From Chloroflexota bacterium (GTDB lineage: Bacteria; Chloroflexota; Limnocylindria; Limnocylindrales; CSP1-4), in NCBI GenBank assembly GCA_034436555.1, contig DAOTUU010000021.1:36415-100414 (forward strand): a DNA stretch of 64,000 nucleotides, in the 5' to 3' direction. The notes beneath the pieces are model-generated. The model had not been told where the DNA came from. It made no database searches and worked only from the letters and a program-made list of their open reading frames with translations. Positions 17,357 to 28,623 of this stretch are shown here, piece by piece; the stretch's first letter is position 1, and each line of letters opens with the position of its first letter. The translations under genes and the position numbers were made by a program.

Positions 17357-20053
17357 TCAGCCCGCGTTCGCTCCCAGGCTCCGAGTCAGGAAGCTGTCGC
17401 GGATCAGCAGCGCATCCATGGGCCGCGCGAAGAGGTAACCCTGGGCCAGCTCGCATCCGGCGGACCGCAGCGCGGCGACCTGCTCCGGATGCTCGACACC
17501 CTCCGCGATCGGCTGCGCATGGAGCGTCCGCGCGATGTTCACGATGGACCGCACGAGATCCTGCGCCTCCGCCGATCGCTGGATGTCGGCGACCAGGGTG
17601 CGATCGATCTTGATGACGTCGAAGTCGAGCCGCCGAAGGTGGCCGATCGAGGACATCCCCGAGCCGAAGTCGTCGATGGCGAGCCGGACACCGGCGCGAT
17701 GCAGGTCCCGCAGGCGAGCCTCCACCGCGTCCAGGTCATGCAGCGCGGCACCCTCGTTGACCTCCAGCAGCAGCCGGTCCGCGGGAAGGTCCGCCTCGGC
17801 CAGGGCCGCCGTGACCGACGCGACCATTCCCGGGTCGAGCAGCTGGCGGGCCGACACGTTCACCCCCAGCCACAGCCCCCGGCGCGCGTGGCGCTGCCAC
17901 ATCGCGGCATCCTGACAGGCGCGGCGCAGGACCCACTCGCCGATCGCGGGCATCAGCCCGGATTCCTCCGCGACCTCGAGGAACTCCCCCGGATCGACCG
18001 ACCCGGCCTCGGGGCTGTGCCAGCGCAGCAGGGCCTCCGCCCCCTCGATCCGCCCATCCGCGGCGTGGACCACCGGCTGGTACACGAGCCGGAACTCGTC
18101 GCGCCCGAGGGCACGCCGGAGGGCGCTCTCCATGCGCACCCGCTGGCGCGCCGGACCGGACATCCCCGGATCGAACAGCACCCAGCGACCCCGGCCACGC
18201 CTCTTCGCCACGTACATCGCGGTGTCCGCGTCCCGCAGCATCTGCTCGGGGTCGGTGGCGGCACCGCTGGAGATGGCCACGCCCGCGCTGGCGGTCACGC
18301 GGGTGTCGCGCGTGCCCAGCCTGACGGGCGCCGCGAGGGCGGCCATGACCCGGTCGGCGACCCGGCCCAGCTCGTCGCGATCGACCTCCTCGATGAGCAG
18401 CGCGAACTCATCCCCGCCCAGTCGCGCAGCCGTGTCGCCGGGTCGGACGGCACCCCGCAGCCGTTCCGCGACGGCCCCCAGCAGCGCATCGCCCTCGGCG
18501 TGGCCCAGCTCATCGTTGACGGTCTTGAAATCGTCCAGGTCGATGAAGATCACCCCGACCTCGGTCGGCTTCCGACGGTTTCGATCGATGGCGTTGCCCA
18601 GCCGGTCCAGCAGCAGCGAGCGGTTCGGGAGGCCGGTGAGCGAGTCGTGATGCGCCTGGTAGCGCAGCTCCTCCTCCACCAGGTACGCCCGCGTGACGTC
18701 GATGAGCGTGCCCACCCAGTAGGGCCGTCGCTGCCCTCCGGGCTGGACCGGCGACGCGTCGTCGCGGATCCAGCGGACCTCCCCCGACCGGGTGACCATC
18801 CGGTAGTCGATGGCACCGCTCGTGGGCTCCTCCTCCTCGTGCAGCACCCGCTCCCGGTCATCGGGGTGGATGCTGTCGACCCAGCGCATCGGGTCCGCCA
18901 TCCACTCCTCCGGTGTCCAGCCCAGGAGCCTCGAGATCTGGGGGCTGACGAAGGTCCAGGGACCGACGCCCAGCTCGGCGCGATAGAACACGCCGTTGAC
19001 ATGCTCCATCAGCTCCCGCAGCTCCCGCTCGCGAGCCTCCAGCTCCTCGGTGGCCTGGCGCTGCTGCGTCACGTCCCTGCCGGTCAGCACGAGGCCCTCG
19101 ATGCCTGGCTCCGCGGTGCCGTCCCAGACCGCGATCTCCACCCAGCGCTCCTGGCCTCCGGCGCCGTTGGACCGGATGCGGCATTCCACGCGCACCGGAC
19201 CCGACACCTCCCCGCGCCGGAGCGCTCCCAGCGTCGCCTGGGCTGCGGGCAGGTCGTCGGGGTGGACCAGGCTGGTCGGCCGGAATCCCGCCACCTCGTC
19301 CTCGTCGATGCCCAGGAAGGCGGCGACCGACGGGCTCGCCCAGATGATGCGTCCCTGCTCGTCCACGACGGTGATGAGGTCGCTGGAGGCACCGATGAGC
19401 GCGCGCAGACGTCGCTGCTCACCCATCAGCGCGGTCCGCCGGCCCGCCCCGAACTCCAGGGCCGCGTTGCGCCGCTGGAGCAGCACGAACAGCACCACCA
19501 CCCCGACGCCGGCGAGCATCGCGAACCCGAACAGGATGAGCGACTCCCAGGCGTCCGACGCGCGACCCGCCTGGGCCGACGCGCTGGCCCGGCTTCCGAG
19601 GACGGACATCAGCCCCGCATACTCGCGGCGCACCTGCTCGCCGGCCAGGCTGCGCGTGATGCCGGGTCCCAGCTCTCCCTTGAAACGGCTGCGATGGTCG
19701 GTCGTCTCCTGGAAGGCGTGGATCATCCCTCGGATGTCCTCCGGGACGAGCGATCCCGCCTCCTCGAGCAGCGTCGTCATGCGCTGGTGACGCCACTCGT
19801 GGGTCGCCTGCGCGTCGTCCATCGCCGCCGGCCCATCGGCGGCCCGGAAGGTGGACTCGAGGTACGCGTCCCGCTCCCCGGTCACCAGGTCGGCGAGCCG
19901 GTATAGCACGACCGCGCGGTCGTCCGGGACACGCAGCGTCCGACTGACGGGGATCCAGGCGACGACGCTCGCGGCCACGAGCCCCATCAACGCCAGGACG
20001 GCCCAGCGGGGCGTGGTGCGCGACTTGGTGCGGCGGTGGTCGGCGACGGGCAC
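17357..20053 (-). CDS. Membrane-anchored PAS-PAS-GGDEF-EAL diguanylate cyclase/phosphodiesterase; start uncertain
   Basis: Two TM segments, PAS repeats (IHPDDRE, WIRD), HDSLTGLPNR, RLGGDEF, EALLRW, DDFGSG, IKIDR, EGVE and QGY motifs. Confidence 0.92.
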   Translation of the reverse strand: MPVADHRRTKSRTTPRWAVLALMGLVAASVVAWIPVSRTLRVPDDRAVVLYRLADLVTGERDAYLESTFRAADGPAAMDDAQATHEWRHQRMTTLLEEAGSLVPEDIRGMIHAFQETTDHRSRFKGELGPGITRSLAGEQVRREYAGLMSVLGSRASASAQAGRASDAWESLILFGFAMLAGVGVVVLFVLLQRRNAALEFGAGRRTALMGEQRRLRALIGASSDLITVVDEQGRIIWASPSVAAFLGIDEDEVAGFRPTSLVHPDDLPAAQATLGALRRGEVSGPVRVECRIRSNGAGGQERWVEIAVWDGTAEPGIEGLVLTGRDVTQQRQATEELEARERELRELMEHVNGVFYRAELGVGPWTFVSPQISRLLGWTPEEWMADPMRWVDSIHPDDRERVLHEEEEPTSGAIDYRMVTRSGEVRWIRDDASPVQPGGQRRPYWVGTLIDVTRAYLVEEELRYQAHHDSLTGLPNRSLLLDRLGNAIDRNRRKPTEVGVIFIDLDDFKTVNDELGHAEGDALLGAVAERLRGAVRPGDTAARLGGDEFALLIEEVDRDELGRVADRVMAALAAPVRLGTRDTRVTASAGVAISSGAATDPEQMLRDADTAMYVAKRRGRGRWVLFDPGMSGPARQRVRMESALRRALGRDEFRLVYQPVVHAADGRIEGAEALLRWHSPEAGSVDPGEFLEVAEESGLMPAIGEWVLRRACQDAAMWQRHARRGLWLGVNVSARQLLDPGMVASVTAALAEADLPADRLLLEVNEGAALHDLDAVEARLRDLHRAGVRLAIDDFGSGMSSIGHLRRLDFDVIKIDRTLVADIQRSAEAQDLVRSIVNIARTLHAQPIAEGVEHPEQVAALRSAGCELAQGYLFARPMDALLIRDSFLTRSLGANAG

Positions 20054-20242
20054 GGGTGGTCGTGGCTCGCAGGTGCGGAAGATGGACGGCTGCGGCGGGT
20101 GGACGCACAGTGCCGCCAGCCGCGGGTCCATGCCATGACCCAACGGGGGCAGGCTCTGACCGGACCGGGTGGTACCGGCCCCGTACCGATGGGAGGTGTC
20201 AGCCGCCAGCCGGGTCGCCCATGCCGCCGGCCGGGTCGCCCG

Positions 20243-20704
20243 TCAGCCGCCCGTCGGGTCCGCCAAAGCGTCCGGATCGGCGGGCAGGTCGATGCGTTCC
20301 TCGGCGGCTCCGTACGGCCCTGCGCGCACGGCGAGATACGCGCCCCTGGGCACCTCGTCCAGCAGCGGCAGCAGGACGCGCACGATCGCGTGAGCGTCTC
20401 GGCCCTGGAAGCGCATCGCGTAGTACCCGCGATCGAGCTCGTTCGTGTCGAGGTCACCGGCCCCGGATTCGTACAGGCCGCGCATCAGCCGATCCTCGAG
20501 CCGGAACATCCGCTGCTGCTCGCGAGACGTCTCGAACGCGGGGTCCGCGAGCGGCAGCCAGGCGACCACGCGCTGGAGCGACGGGTCGCCGTCGCTGACC
20601 GGCCCGCCCACGAGCGGCTCTGCATCAGGCACGGACACCGTCTCGGGATGCGTCCCGGTCGAATCCTCGGATCCGCCGCCGAACAGGCGCCTGAGGAAGC
20701 TCAT
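20243..20704 (-). CDS. Hypothetical protein
   Basis: MSFLRRLFGG...WLPLADPAFE...RLEDRL...GDLDTNEL has protein-like composition. Confidence 0.65.
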   Translation of the reverse strand: MSFLRRLFGGGSEDSTGTHPETVSVPDAEPLVGGPVSDGDPSLQRVVAWLPLADPAFETSREQQRMFRLEDRLMRGLYESGAGDLDTNELDRGYYAMRFQGRDAHAIVRVLLPLLDEVPRGAYLAVRAGPYGAAEERIDLPADPDALADPTGG

Positions 20705-20762
20705 CGCCCGCCCAGCCTACACCGCTGCGCCTCGGCGTCGACGGCCGAGCCCGCGAGTGCCG

Positions 20763-22448
<1,686 letters not shown>

Positions 22449-22536
22449 GGGGCGGGCTCCGAATCGGGAGGCGTCGCGGACGCTGCGCCACCCGGTGATC
22501 AAGGTCAGGTGAAGCGGCCCTGGGAGAAAGGCCGCT

Positions 22537-22574
22537 TGCATACCGATTATGCACACTGGATAGACGATCGCCAA
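22537..22574 (-). promoter_or_regulatory. Sigma70-like promoter of kamA with overlapping palindromic operator
   Basis: Minus strand TTGGCG (22574-22569), 17-nt spacer, CATAAT (22551-22546). Perfect inverted repeat TGCATA-N5-TATGCA at 22537-22553 overlaps the -10. Confidence 0.6.
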
Positions 22575-22629
22575 GGGGTCAGATGCGCGACCGGTTCGAT
22601 GTCGTCATGCGGGCCGGGCGTGCGCCGCT

Positions 22630-22712
22630 CGGCAGGGCGGGCCACATTTCGGCAGGGCGGGCCACGCCGCGGCAGGGGCGGGCCACGCCGCGGCAGGGGC
22701 GGGCCACGCCGC
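22630..22712. repeat. 20-21 bp tandem repeat (ggcagg[g]gcgggccacgccgc), four copies
   Basis: Directly adjacent copies with no spacers, in a divergent intergenic region. Confidence 0.8.
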
Positions 22713-22757
22713 GGCGCGACCCGCGTGGGGGTGCACGTCTGGTAGACTCGCGCCGCG

Positions 22758-23153
22758 ATGACGATGGACCGCTTGCGCAACCTGGGATTCCTGCTCGCCT
22801 TCCTCGTGTTCGGGGTGGTGCTGTTCTGCCTCTACGGCGCCTTCCGCGGCGCCATCGAGGGTGGCAACTGGGTGGCGTTCCTGGGCGGCATCCTGCTGGG
22901 CGCCGTGATGGTCGCGTTCCTGCTCGTGGTGATGATCGTCCCGGACAGGCGCAGGACCGGCTGGGTCCAGGCCATCACGAACGTCAACGCGAAGTACCTG
23001 TTCTTCGGGTTGATCATCGTCTGGATCGCCACCATGGGCCTGCTCGCGAGCCTCGAGCTGCCCAGCAACACGGTCGGTGCCCCGGCGCTCCTCGGACTGT
23101 TCGCGGGCATCTTCATCTTCATGGGCTTCATCTGGGCCGTCATCGGCGAATGA
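22758..23153 (+). CDS. Small hypothetical membrane protein (about 4 TM)
   Basis: Strongly hydrophobic; stop overlaps the pilin start (ATGA). Confidence 0.75.
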   Translation: MTMDRLRNLGFLLAFLVFGVVLFCLYGAFRGAIEGGNWVAFLGGILLGAVMVAFLLVVMIVPDRRRTGWVQAITNVNAKYLFFGLIIVWIATMGLLASLELPSNTVGAPALLGLFAGIFIFMGFIWAVIGE

Positions 23154-23308
23154 CCTCTGCGACCGGGCTCCGGCGCGACGAACGCGGCCAGGGCCTCGCG
23201 GAGTACGCCCTGATCCTGGCGCTCATCGTGGTGCTCTCGATCGTGGCCCTCGTGTTCCTGGGCACGCAGATCAGCAGCATCCTGTCCACGATCGCCCAGT
23301 CCGTCTGA
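23150..23308 (+). CDS. flp: Flp-family type IVb pilin
   Basis: MTSATGLRRDERG|QGLAEYALILALIVV: G-1 cleavage site with E+5/Y+6 Flp motif, 52 aa. Confidence 0.88.
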   Translation: MTSATGLRRDERGQGLAEYALILALIVVLSIVALVFLGTQISSILSTIAQSV

Positions 23309-23465
23309 CCGACATCCCGACGCCTGGACCCGACCGGCCGGCTGTGGCCGCGCCCGACCTCTCCGGCCGCTGCGTCGGAGGCGGGCTGCGCGCAGAATCG
23401 CGGGGACCCATCCCATCGGCGCGTCGCTGACGGACCGCCGCGCTGGGACCCTCCGGAGGACGCTC

Positions 23466-23921
23466 GTGCGCACCGTCGATGTCACCTGGGACCAGGACGC
23501 CGGGCACTTTCTGGCCAGCGGCTCCATCCGCGGCCACACGGTGACCATCAACGCACCCGGGATGCCCGACGAGAAGAAGCGCCCGGCCGGCTTCTCGCCC
23601 GCCGACCTGCTGCTCGCGGCGATGGGTTCCTGCTCGCTCTGGGACGTGGTGGAGATCCTGCGCAAGTCGCGCCGTGAGGTGGCGGACCTGCGCGTGCGCA
23701 TCACGGCGGAGCAGGACGCGGATCCGCCCTGGACCTTCCGTCGGGCACACCTCCACTACACGTTCGTGGCCGATGGCCTGGACCCGGCGGTGGCGGAGCG
23801 GGCGGTCCGGCTGAGCGTGGAGAAGTACTGCTCGGTGATCGCGACGGTGCGACACGCAGCCACCGTGACGGATTCCTTCGAGATCCTCACGGAGGCGGAG
23901 GTCAGCGGGCCGGACGCCTGA
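23466..23921 (+). CDS. OsmC/YhfA family protein
   Basis: GFSPADLLLAAMGSCS...ILRK and SVEKYCSV, with two Cys. Confidence 0.88.
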   Translation: MRTVDVTWDQDAGHFLASGSIRGHTVTINAPGMPDEKKRPAGFSPADLLLAAMGSCSLWDVVEILRKSRREVADLRVRITAEQDADPPWTFRRAHLHYTFVADGLDPAVAERAVRLSVEKYCSVIATVRHAATVTDSFEILTEAEVSGPDA

Positions 23922-23923
23922 CC

Positions 23924-26269
23924 ATGGGCCGTTTCGAGCGCCTGGGCCGGCTCGTGGCACGCCGTCGCCGATGGGTGGTGGTGGCGTGGGGGCTGCTCGC
24001 CATCGTCGCGCTGCCCCTGGCACCGGCGGCGCCCGGCGTGCTCCGACCGGGTGGCTTCACCACCGATGACCTGGAGGCCGCGCGGGCCCGCACGCTGCTG
24101 GAGGAGCGCGTCGGCCTGCCTGCGTCGGCGCTCGTCATCGTCATCGAGAGCACCACGCACAGCGGTGCGGGCGATGCCGCGTTCGAGGCCGCGGCCGCGG
24201 CTGCCATCGCGGACGTGTCGCGCGCGGATCACGTGCTCGCGGTCCGGAGTCACGTCCTCGCACCCGAGCAGGTCGGCGCTGATGGCCGGGTGGTGTATGA
24301 CGTGGTCGCGCTGGACCTCCCGCCCGACGATTCCCCGGACGCGCTGCGGCCGGTCGCCGCCGCGCTGCGCGATGTGCCCGGGGTGAGGACCGCGATCGCC
24401 GGCGGCCCGGCGTTCTATGGCGACATCCAGCACACATCCGAGCGAGACCTGCAGCGCTCCGAGATCATCTCGCTGCCGCTCGCGGGTCTGGCCCTGCTGC
24501 TCGTGTTCGGATCGGTGGTGGCGGCGGGCGTGCCCATCGTGACCGGTGGCCTCGCCGTCCTCGTGGCGCTGGCGGCGCTCGCCATCGTGGCGTCGCTCAT
24601 CCCGATGAGCATCTTCGTGCTCAACCTCGCGACGCTGCTGGGCTTCGGACTGGGCGTGGACTACGCGCTGCTGCTCGCCAGCCGATTCCGCGAGGAGCTG
24701 GCCGCACGCGGCGGAGGGCGCCAGGCGGACGGCGCCGTCGATGAGGCGGCCGTGGCCGATGCCGTGGCGGCGACCGTCACGACGGCAGGCCGCGCGGTGT
24801 TCTTCAGCGGCATCACGGTGCTGCTGGGCCTGTCCGGCCTGGTGCTGTTCGACTTCATGGTGCTTCGCTCGGTGGGCATCGCGGGCGCGCTCGTGGTCGG
24901 TTTCGCGGTGGCGGCGGCGCTCACCCTGCTGCCCGCCGGTCTCGCCATCCTGGGGCCGCGCATCGATGCGTTCCCGGTCCGGCTGGGGCTCCGGCGCGTG
25001 CGGCCAGGGCTGGCCGCGACGGGCCCGTCGGCGGTGCCCGCTGGCTCGTCCGGGGAGCCGGAGACCCCGATGGGTTTCTGGGGTCGCCTGGCCGAGCGGG
25101 TCATGGACCGGCCCGTCGCCGTGTTCGTGCCGACCCTGGCGCTGCTGGTCGCCCTGGGCCTGCCGTTCCTGCACGTCCGGTTCAACGCGCCGGACGCGTC
25201 GATCCTGCCCCCATCGGTGCCCTCCCGCCAGGCGTACGACACGCTGCTGGCGACCTTCGGGGAGGGCGACTTCTCGCCGCTCCTGCTGACGGTTGAGACG
25301 GACGGGCCGGTCACGGACTCGGCCAACGTGGGTCGGCTGTATGACTACGCCCGCCGACTCGCCGACGACCCGCGGGTGAAGCGCGTCGACAGCATCGTGA
25401 CGCTCGATCCGCGCCTGGGGCGCGCCCAGTACCAGCTGCTGTACTCGGTGGCGGGTGGACCCGGGGACCGGTTCGTGGCCCAGGCGCTTGCTGCGACCAC
25501 GGCCGGCGACCTGACCGCGTTCACCATCACCACGTGGCATGGCGCGAACGACCCGGAGGCGCGCGCCCTGGTCCATGACCTGCGCCACCCGGCGTCTTCG
25601 CTGGCGCCGCCGCCGGGTGTGAACGTGCTCGTGGGCGGAGGGGCCGCCGAGGTGGTGGACGTCGTGGACAGGGTGGCTGCCGACTTCCCGCGCACCGCGC
25701 TGTTCATCCTGGGCGCCACGTACCTGGTGCTGTTCCTGCTGCTTCGCTCGGTGTTCCTGCCGCTCAAGGCGATCGTCATGAACGGGCTGTCGATCCTCGC
25801 GTCGTTCGGGGCGCTCGTGTGGATCTTCCAGGACGGCAACCTGTCGGGGCCGCTGGGGTTCGCGCCGCTCGGGTTCGTGGAGACGACGCTGCCGGTGATC
25901 CTGTTCTGCGTCCTGTTCGGGCTGTCCATGGACTACGAGGTGTTCCTGCTGTCCCGGATGAAGGAGGCGTGGGACCGGACCGGGGACAACCGTGTTGCCG
26001 TGGCCCAGGGACTGGAGAAGAGCGGCCGGATCGTGACGTCGGCGGCGCTCATCGTGGTCGTGGTGGCGGGATCCTTCGCGTTCGCGGAGATCGTGCTCAT
26101 CAAGGCGATGGGCCTGGGTGTGGCGATCGCGGTGGCCCTGGATGCGACCGTGGTGCGGGCGCTCCTGGTGCCGTCCACGATGCGCCTGCTGGGTCGCTGG
26201 AACTGGTGGATGCCGGCCCGGCTGGAGCGCTGGATCAGCGCCCGGCTGCCGGTGGTGGAGGGCGCCTGA
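23924..26269 (+). CDS. MMPL/RND-family lipid transporter
   Basis: Two RND halves with GLGVDYALLL and GLSMDYEVFLLSR motifs. Confidence 0.92.
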   Translation: MGRFERLGRLVARRRRWVVVAWGLLAIVALPLAPAAPGVLRPGGFTTDDLEAARARTLLEERVGLPASALVIVIESTTHSGAGDAAFEAAAAAAIADVSRADHVLAVRSHVLAPEQVGADGRVVYDVVALDLPPDDSPDALRPVAAALRDVPGVRTAIAGGPAFYGDIQHTSERDLQRSEIISLPLAGLALLLVFGSVVAAGVPIVTGGLAVLVALAALAIVASLIPMSIFVLNLATLLGFGLGVDYALLLASRFREELAARGGGRQADGAVDEAAVADAVAATVTTAGRAVFFSGITVLLGLSGLVLFDFMVLRSVGIAGALVVGFAVAAALTLLPAGLAILGPRIDAFPVRLGLRRVRPGLAATGPSAVPAGSSGEPETPMGFWGRLAERVMDRPVAVFVPTLALLVALGLPFLHVRFNAPDASILPPSVPSRQAYDTLLATFGEGDFSPLLLTVETDGPVTDSANVGRLYDYARRLADDPRVKRVDSIVTLDPRLGRAQYQLLYSVAGGPGDRFVAQALAATTAGDLTAFTITTWHGANDPEARALVHDLRHPASSLAPPPGVNVLVGGGAAEVVDVVDRVAADFPRTALFILGATYLVLFLLLRSVFLPLKAIVMNGLSILASFGALVWIFQDGNLSGPLGFAPLGFVETTLPVILFCVLFGLSMDYEVFLLSRMKEAWDRTGDNRVAVAQGLEKSGRIVTSAALIVVVVAGSFAFAEIVLIKAMGLGVAIAVALDATVVRALLVPSTMRLLGRWNWWMPARLERWISARLPVVEGA

Positions 26270-27690
26270 TGAGACCCAGCATGTCCGGCCGACCCGACCG
26301 GTGCCGCGGGTCCGACCGGTGCCGCGGGTCTGGCGGCTTTGGCCGACCCGGCCTACCCGACCGCTTGGGCCGGTCCGACCGCCTTGGCCGACCCGGCCTA
26401 CCCGACCGCTTGGGCCGGTCCGACCGCTTTGGCCGCCCCGACAGGTCCGGCCGCTCTGGCCGCCCCGACAGGTCCGGCCGCTTTGTCCACCCCGACCGGT
26501 CCGGCCTCGCCCGACTCCTGGTCGGGGCGCTGTGCGTCGTGGCCGCGGGCTGCACCGGGCCGATCCTGGCCAACCCGGTGCCGCCCGAGCCGATCATCGT
26601 GCGGCCCTCTGCGACACCGTCACGGGTGCCCGATCCGCAGCCCGTGGTCCTGCCGCGCGATGACGGACCGCACGACCGGCTCACCGAGTGGTGGTACGTC
26701 ACGGGACACCTGGAGGCCGAGGACGGGCGGCGATTCGGCGTCGAGGACGTGATCTTCCGCGCCGAGCGGGGTGCCTTTCCGGTGACCTGGGCCTCGCACC
26801 TCGCGCTGACCGATGAGACCGGTGGGCGGTTCCTGTACGACCAGCGCTCCGAGGTGGGGTCGCAGGTGGATCGCTCCGTGCCAGGGGCCGGCTACGACCT
26901 CGCCATCTCTGGTCAGAAGACGCCAGGCGTGGCGGACGCCGGGACAGTGCCCTGGACAATGGCCGGCGCCGGCGGCACGGACCGACTGAGAGCGCTGGGG
27001 GTCGCGTCGGCGGGAGCCGGCGCCGGTGACCTGGGCGGCAGCGCGTTCGGGCTGGACCTGGCACTCGACGGGTCGGCGCTGCCGGTCACGCTCCACGATG
27101 GGGACGGCTACGTGGACTTCGGCCCTGCGGGGGGTTCGTACTACTACTCGCGGCCGCACATGGCCGCGTCGGGGACGGTGACGCTGGGCGGGGAGACACT
27201 GCCGGTCACGGGCAGTGCCTGGTTCGACCACCAGTGGGGCGATTTCATCGCCGTGGGCGGCGGCGGCTGGGACTGGCTCGCCATCAACCTGGACGACGGC
27301 GTGGCGCTGACACTGTCGCTGGTCCGGTCCGCGGACGGGTCGTACCCCCTGGTGTACGGCACCCTCACGCGGCCGGACGGGTCCGCGGAGCACCTGGCGC
27401 GGGACGCCTTCACCGTCGAGGTGACCAGGGAGTGGACATCGCCATCGACGCACGCAGTGTATCCGGCCGGGTGGCGGGTGACGGTGCCTGGCGAGGACCT
27501 CGTGGTGGATCTGGCGCCTGCCCTGGCCGACCAGGAGCTGGACACCCGGGCCACCACCGGTGTCGTGTACTGGGAGGGCTCGCAGATGGTGAGAGCCACG
27601 CGCGCCGGCCTGCCGCTGGGCGGAGAGGCGTACGTCGAGTTGACGGGCTACGGGCCCGGCATGCTGACGGACGCCGCGCCAGCGGGCTGA
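26269..27690 (+). CDS. AttH/CrtC (lipocalin-like) family lipoprotein with repeat-expanded N-terminus
   Basis: Lipobox VAAGC; HDRLTEWWYVTG, SYYYSRP, AWFDHQWG, GWDW, SPST..VYPAGW, DQEL and VYWEG motifs; TGATG coupling to MMPL. Confidence 0.85.
   Translation: MRPSMSGRPDRCRGSDRCRGSGGFGRPGLPDRLGRSDRLGRPGLPDRLGRSDRFGRPDRSGRSGRPDRSGRFVHPDRSGLARLLVGALCVVAAGCTGPILANPVPPEPIIVRPSATPSRVPDPQPVVLPRDDGPHDRLTEWWYVTGHLEAEDGRRFGVEDVIFRAERGAFPVTWASHLALTDETGGRFLYDQRSEVGSQVDRSVPGAGYDLAISGQKTPGVADAGTVPWTMAGAGGTDRLRALGVASAGAGAGDLGGSAFGLDLALDGSALPVTLHDGDGYVDFGPAGGSYYYSRPHMAASGTVTLGGETLPVTGSAWFDHQWGDFIAVGGGGWDWLAINLDDGVALTLSLVRSADGSYPLVYGTLTRPDGSAEHLARDAFTVEVTREWTSPSTHAVYPAGWRVTVPGEDLVVDLAPALADQELDTRATTGVVYWEGSQMVRATRAGLPLGGEAYVELTGYGPGMLTDAAPAG
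26285..26510 (+). repeat. In-frame coding tandem repeats (GRPDR/GRSDR units)
   Basis: Repeated ccgaccggtgccgcgggt, ggccgacccggcctacccgaccgcttgggccggtccgaccgc and ggccgccccgacaggtccggccgct blocks. Confidence 0.8.
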
Positions 27691-27731
27691 GGCCTCCCGG
27701 CTGCACGTCCGCCCGCGGTGACGGGCGCGTC

Positions 27732-28030
27732 GCGTGCGGCCCACGCACGAGACCCCGTCGGCGTGCGGCCCACGCACGAGATCGGGCGCACCTCCCGTTG
27801 CCGGCGCCGCTCCGGCACCGCACCAGCGCGGGAGCGTTGTCCGCGGCGCACGGATGTGCCTGGAGCGCACCCATGTGCTCCAAGGACACGCGACAGCCCC
27901 GCCCACTCCCATCCCGACCGTCGATCCTGTCCTCGACGCCGCCGGTGCGTCCGAATCTCGTGCGTCCCACGCACGCCCGTGGCATCTCGTGCGTCCCACG
28001 CACGCCCGCGGCATCTCGTGCGTCCCGCGC
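27732..28030. repeat. REP/BIME-like cluster of palindromic units in inverted arrangement
   Basis: Two copies of gcgtgcggcccacgcacgaga (27732, 27761) face three copies of atctcgtgcgtcccacgcacgccc (27955, 27984, partial 28013; 29-bp period). Each unit has a cgtgcg/cgcacg stem; located between convergent genes. Confidence 0.72.
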
Positions 28031-28043
28031 AGGCGCGAAGGGG

Positions 28044-28406
28044 TCAGGACTTCGCCAGCACCAGGTACAGCAGCAGCAACACCGCCGCGAGCACGATGCC
28101 GCCCGTGAACACGAGGTGCGCCAGGAGGGCCGGCCGGTACGACTCGGTGTCGATCTGCGCCTCCACCATCCGGAATCGCCTCACGCCCGTGACCGCGACC
28201 AGCGCGCCGCTCACCACGAGGCCCACCCCGAGCACGGTGCCCAGCCACGCCTTCTCGGAGCTGCCCTCGAACGCGAACCGGTCGACCACGAACCCGAGGC
28301 CCACCAGCGCGAGCGCGGTCCGCTGCCAGGCCAGGAGCGTGCGTTCGTTGGCCAGATGATCGCGCACCGCGGCCGAGCGGTCGGGGGCAGGCATCGGGTC
28401 GCTCAC
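28044..28406 (-). CDS. DUF202/YidH family inner membrane protein
   Basis: RDHLANERTLLAWQRTALAL motif. Confidence 0.9.
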   Translation of the reverse strand: MSDPMPAPDRSAAVRDHLANERTLLAWQRTALALVGLGFVVDRFAFEGSSEKAWLGTVLGVGLVVSGALVAVTGVRRFRMVEAQIDTESYRPALLAHLVFTGGIVLAAVLLLLYLVLAKS

Positions 28407-28488
28407 GGGAACCTCACGGATGCCCCGATGCTGGGCCCGACCCATGCCCCGAGCAGCATGGCGCGACCAGGAGGACATGGCGTGGCCG

Positions 28489-28563
28489 GCGGGACGGGCA
28501 CGATCGACGCGACCAACGCGACCGGCGGGACGGGCACGACCGACGCGACCGACGCGACCGGCA
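28489..28563. repeat. 36-bp direct repeat, two copies (ggcgggacgggcacga.cgacgcgacc.acgcgacc)
   Basis: Visible duplication in intergenic DNA. Confidence 0.65.
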
Positions 28564-28623
28564 GACTCCGCGGGGCCACCCCGAATCGAACGCGAACCAG
28601 CCCGCCCGGACCTCGCCCCGATC

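Noticed and set aside
22449-22537. Lysine riboswitch upstream of kamA
   Set aside because: The predicted UTR is only about 90 nt with a single hairpin; it is too short and lacks the multi-helix L-box architecture.
22630-22712. Possible CRISPR array (also considered 12577-13056, 26285-26510 and 27732-28030)
   Set aside because: Units are contiguous or degenerate with no unique spacers of constant length, and there are no cas genes in the window.
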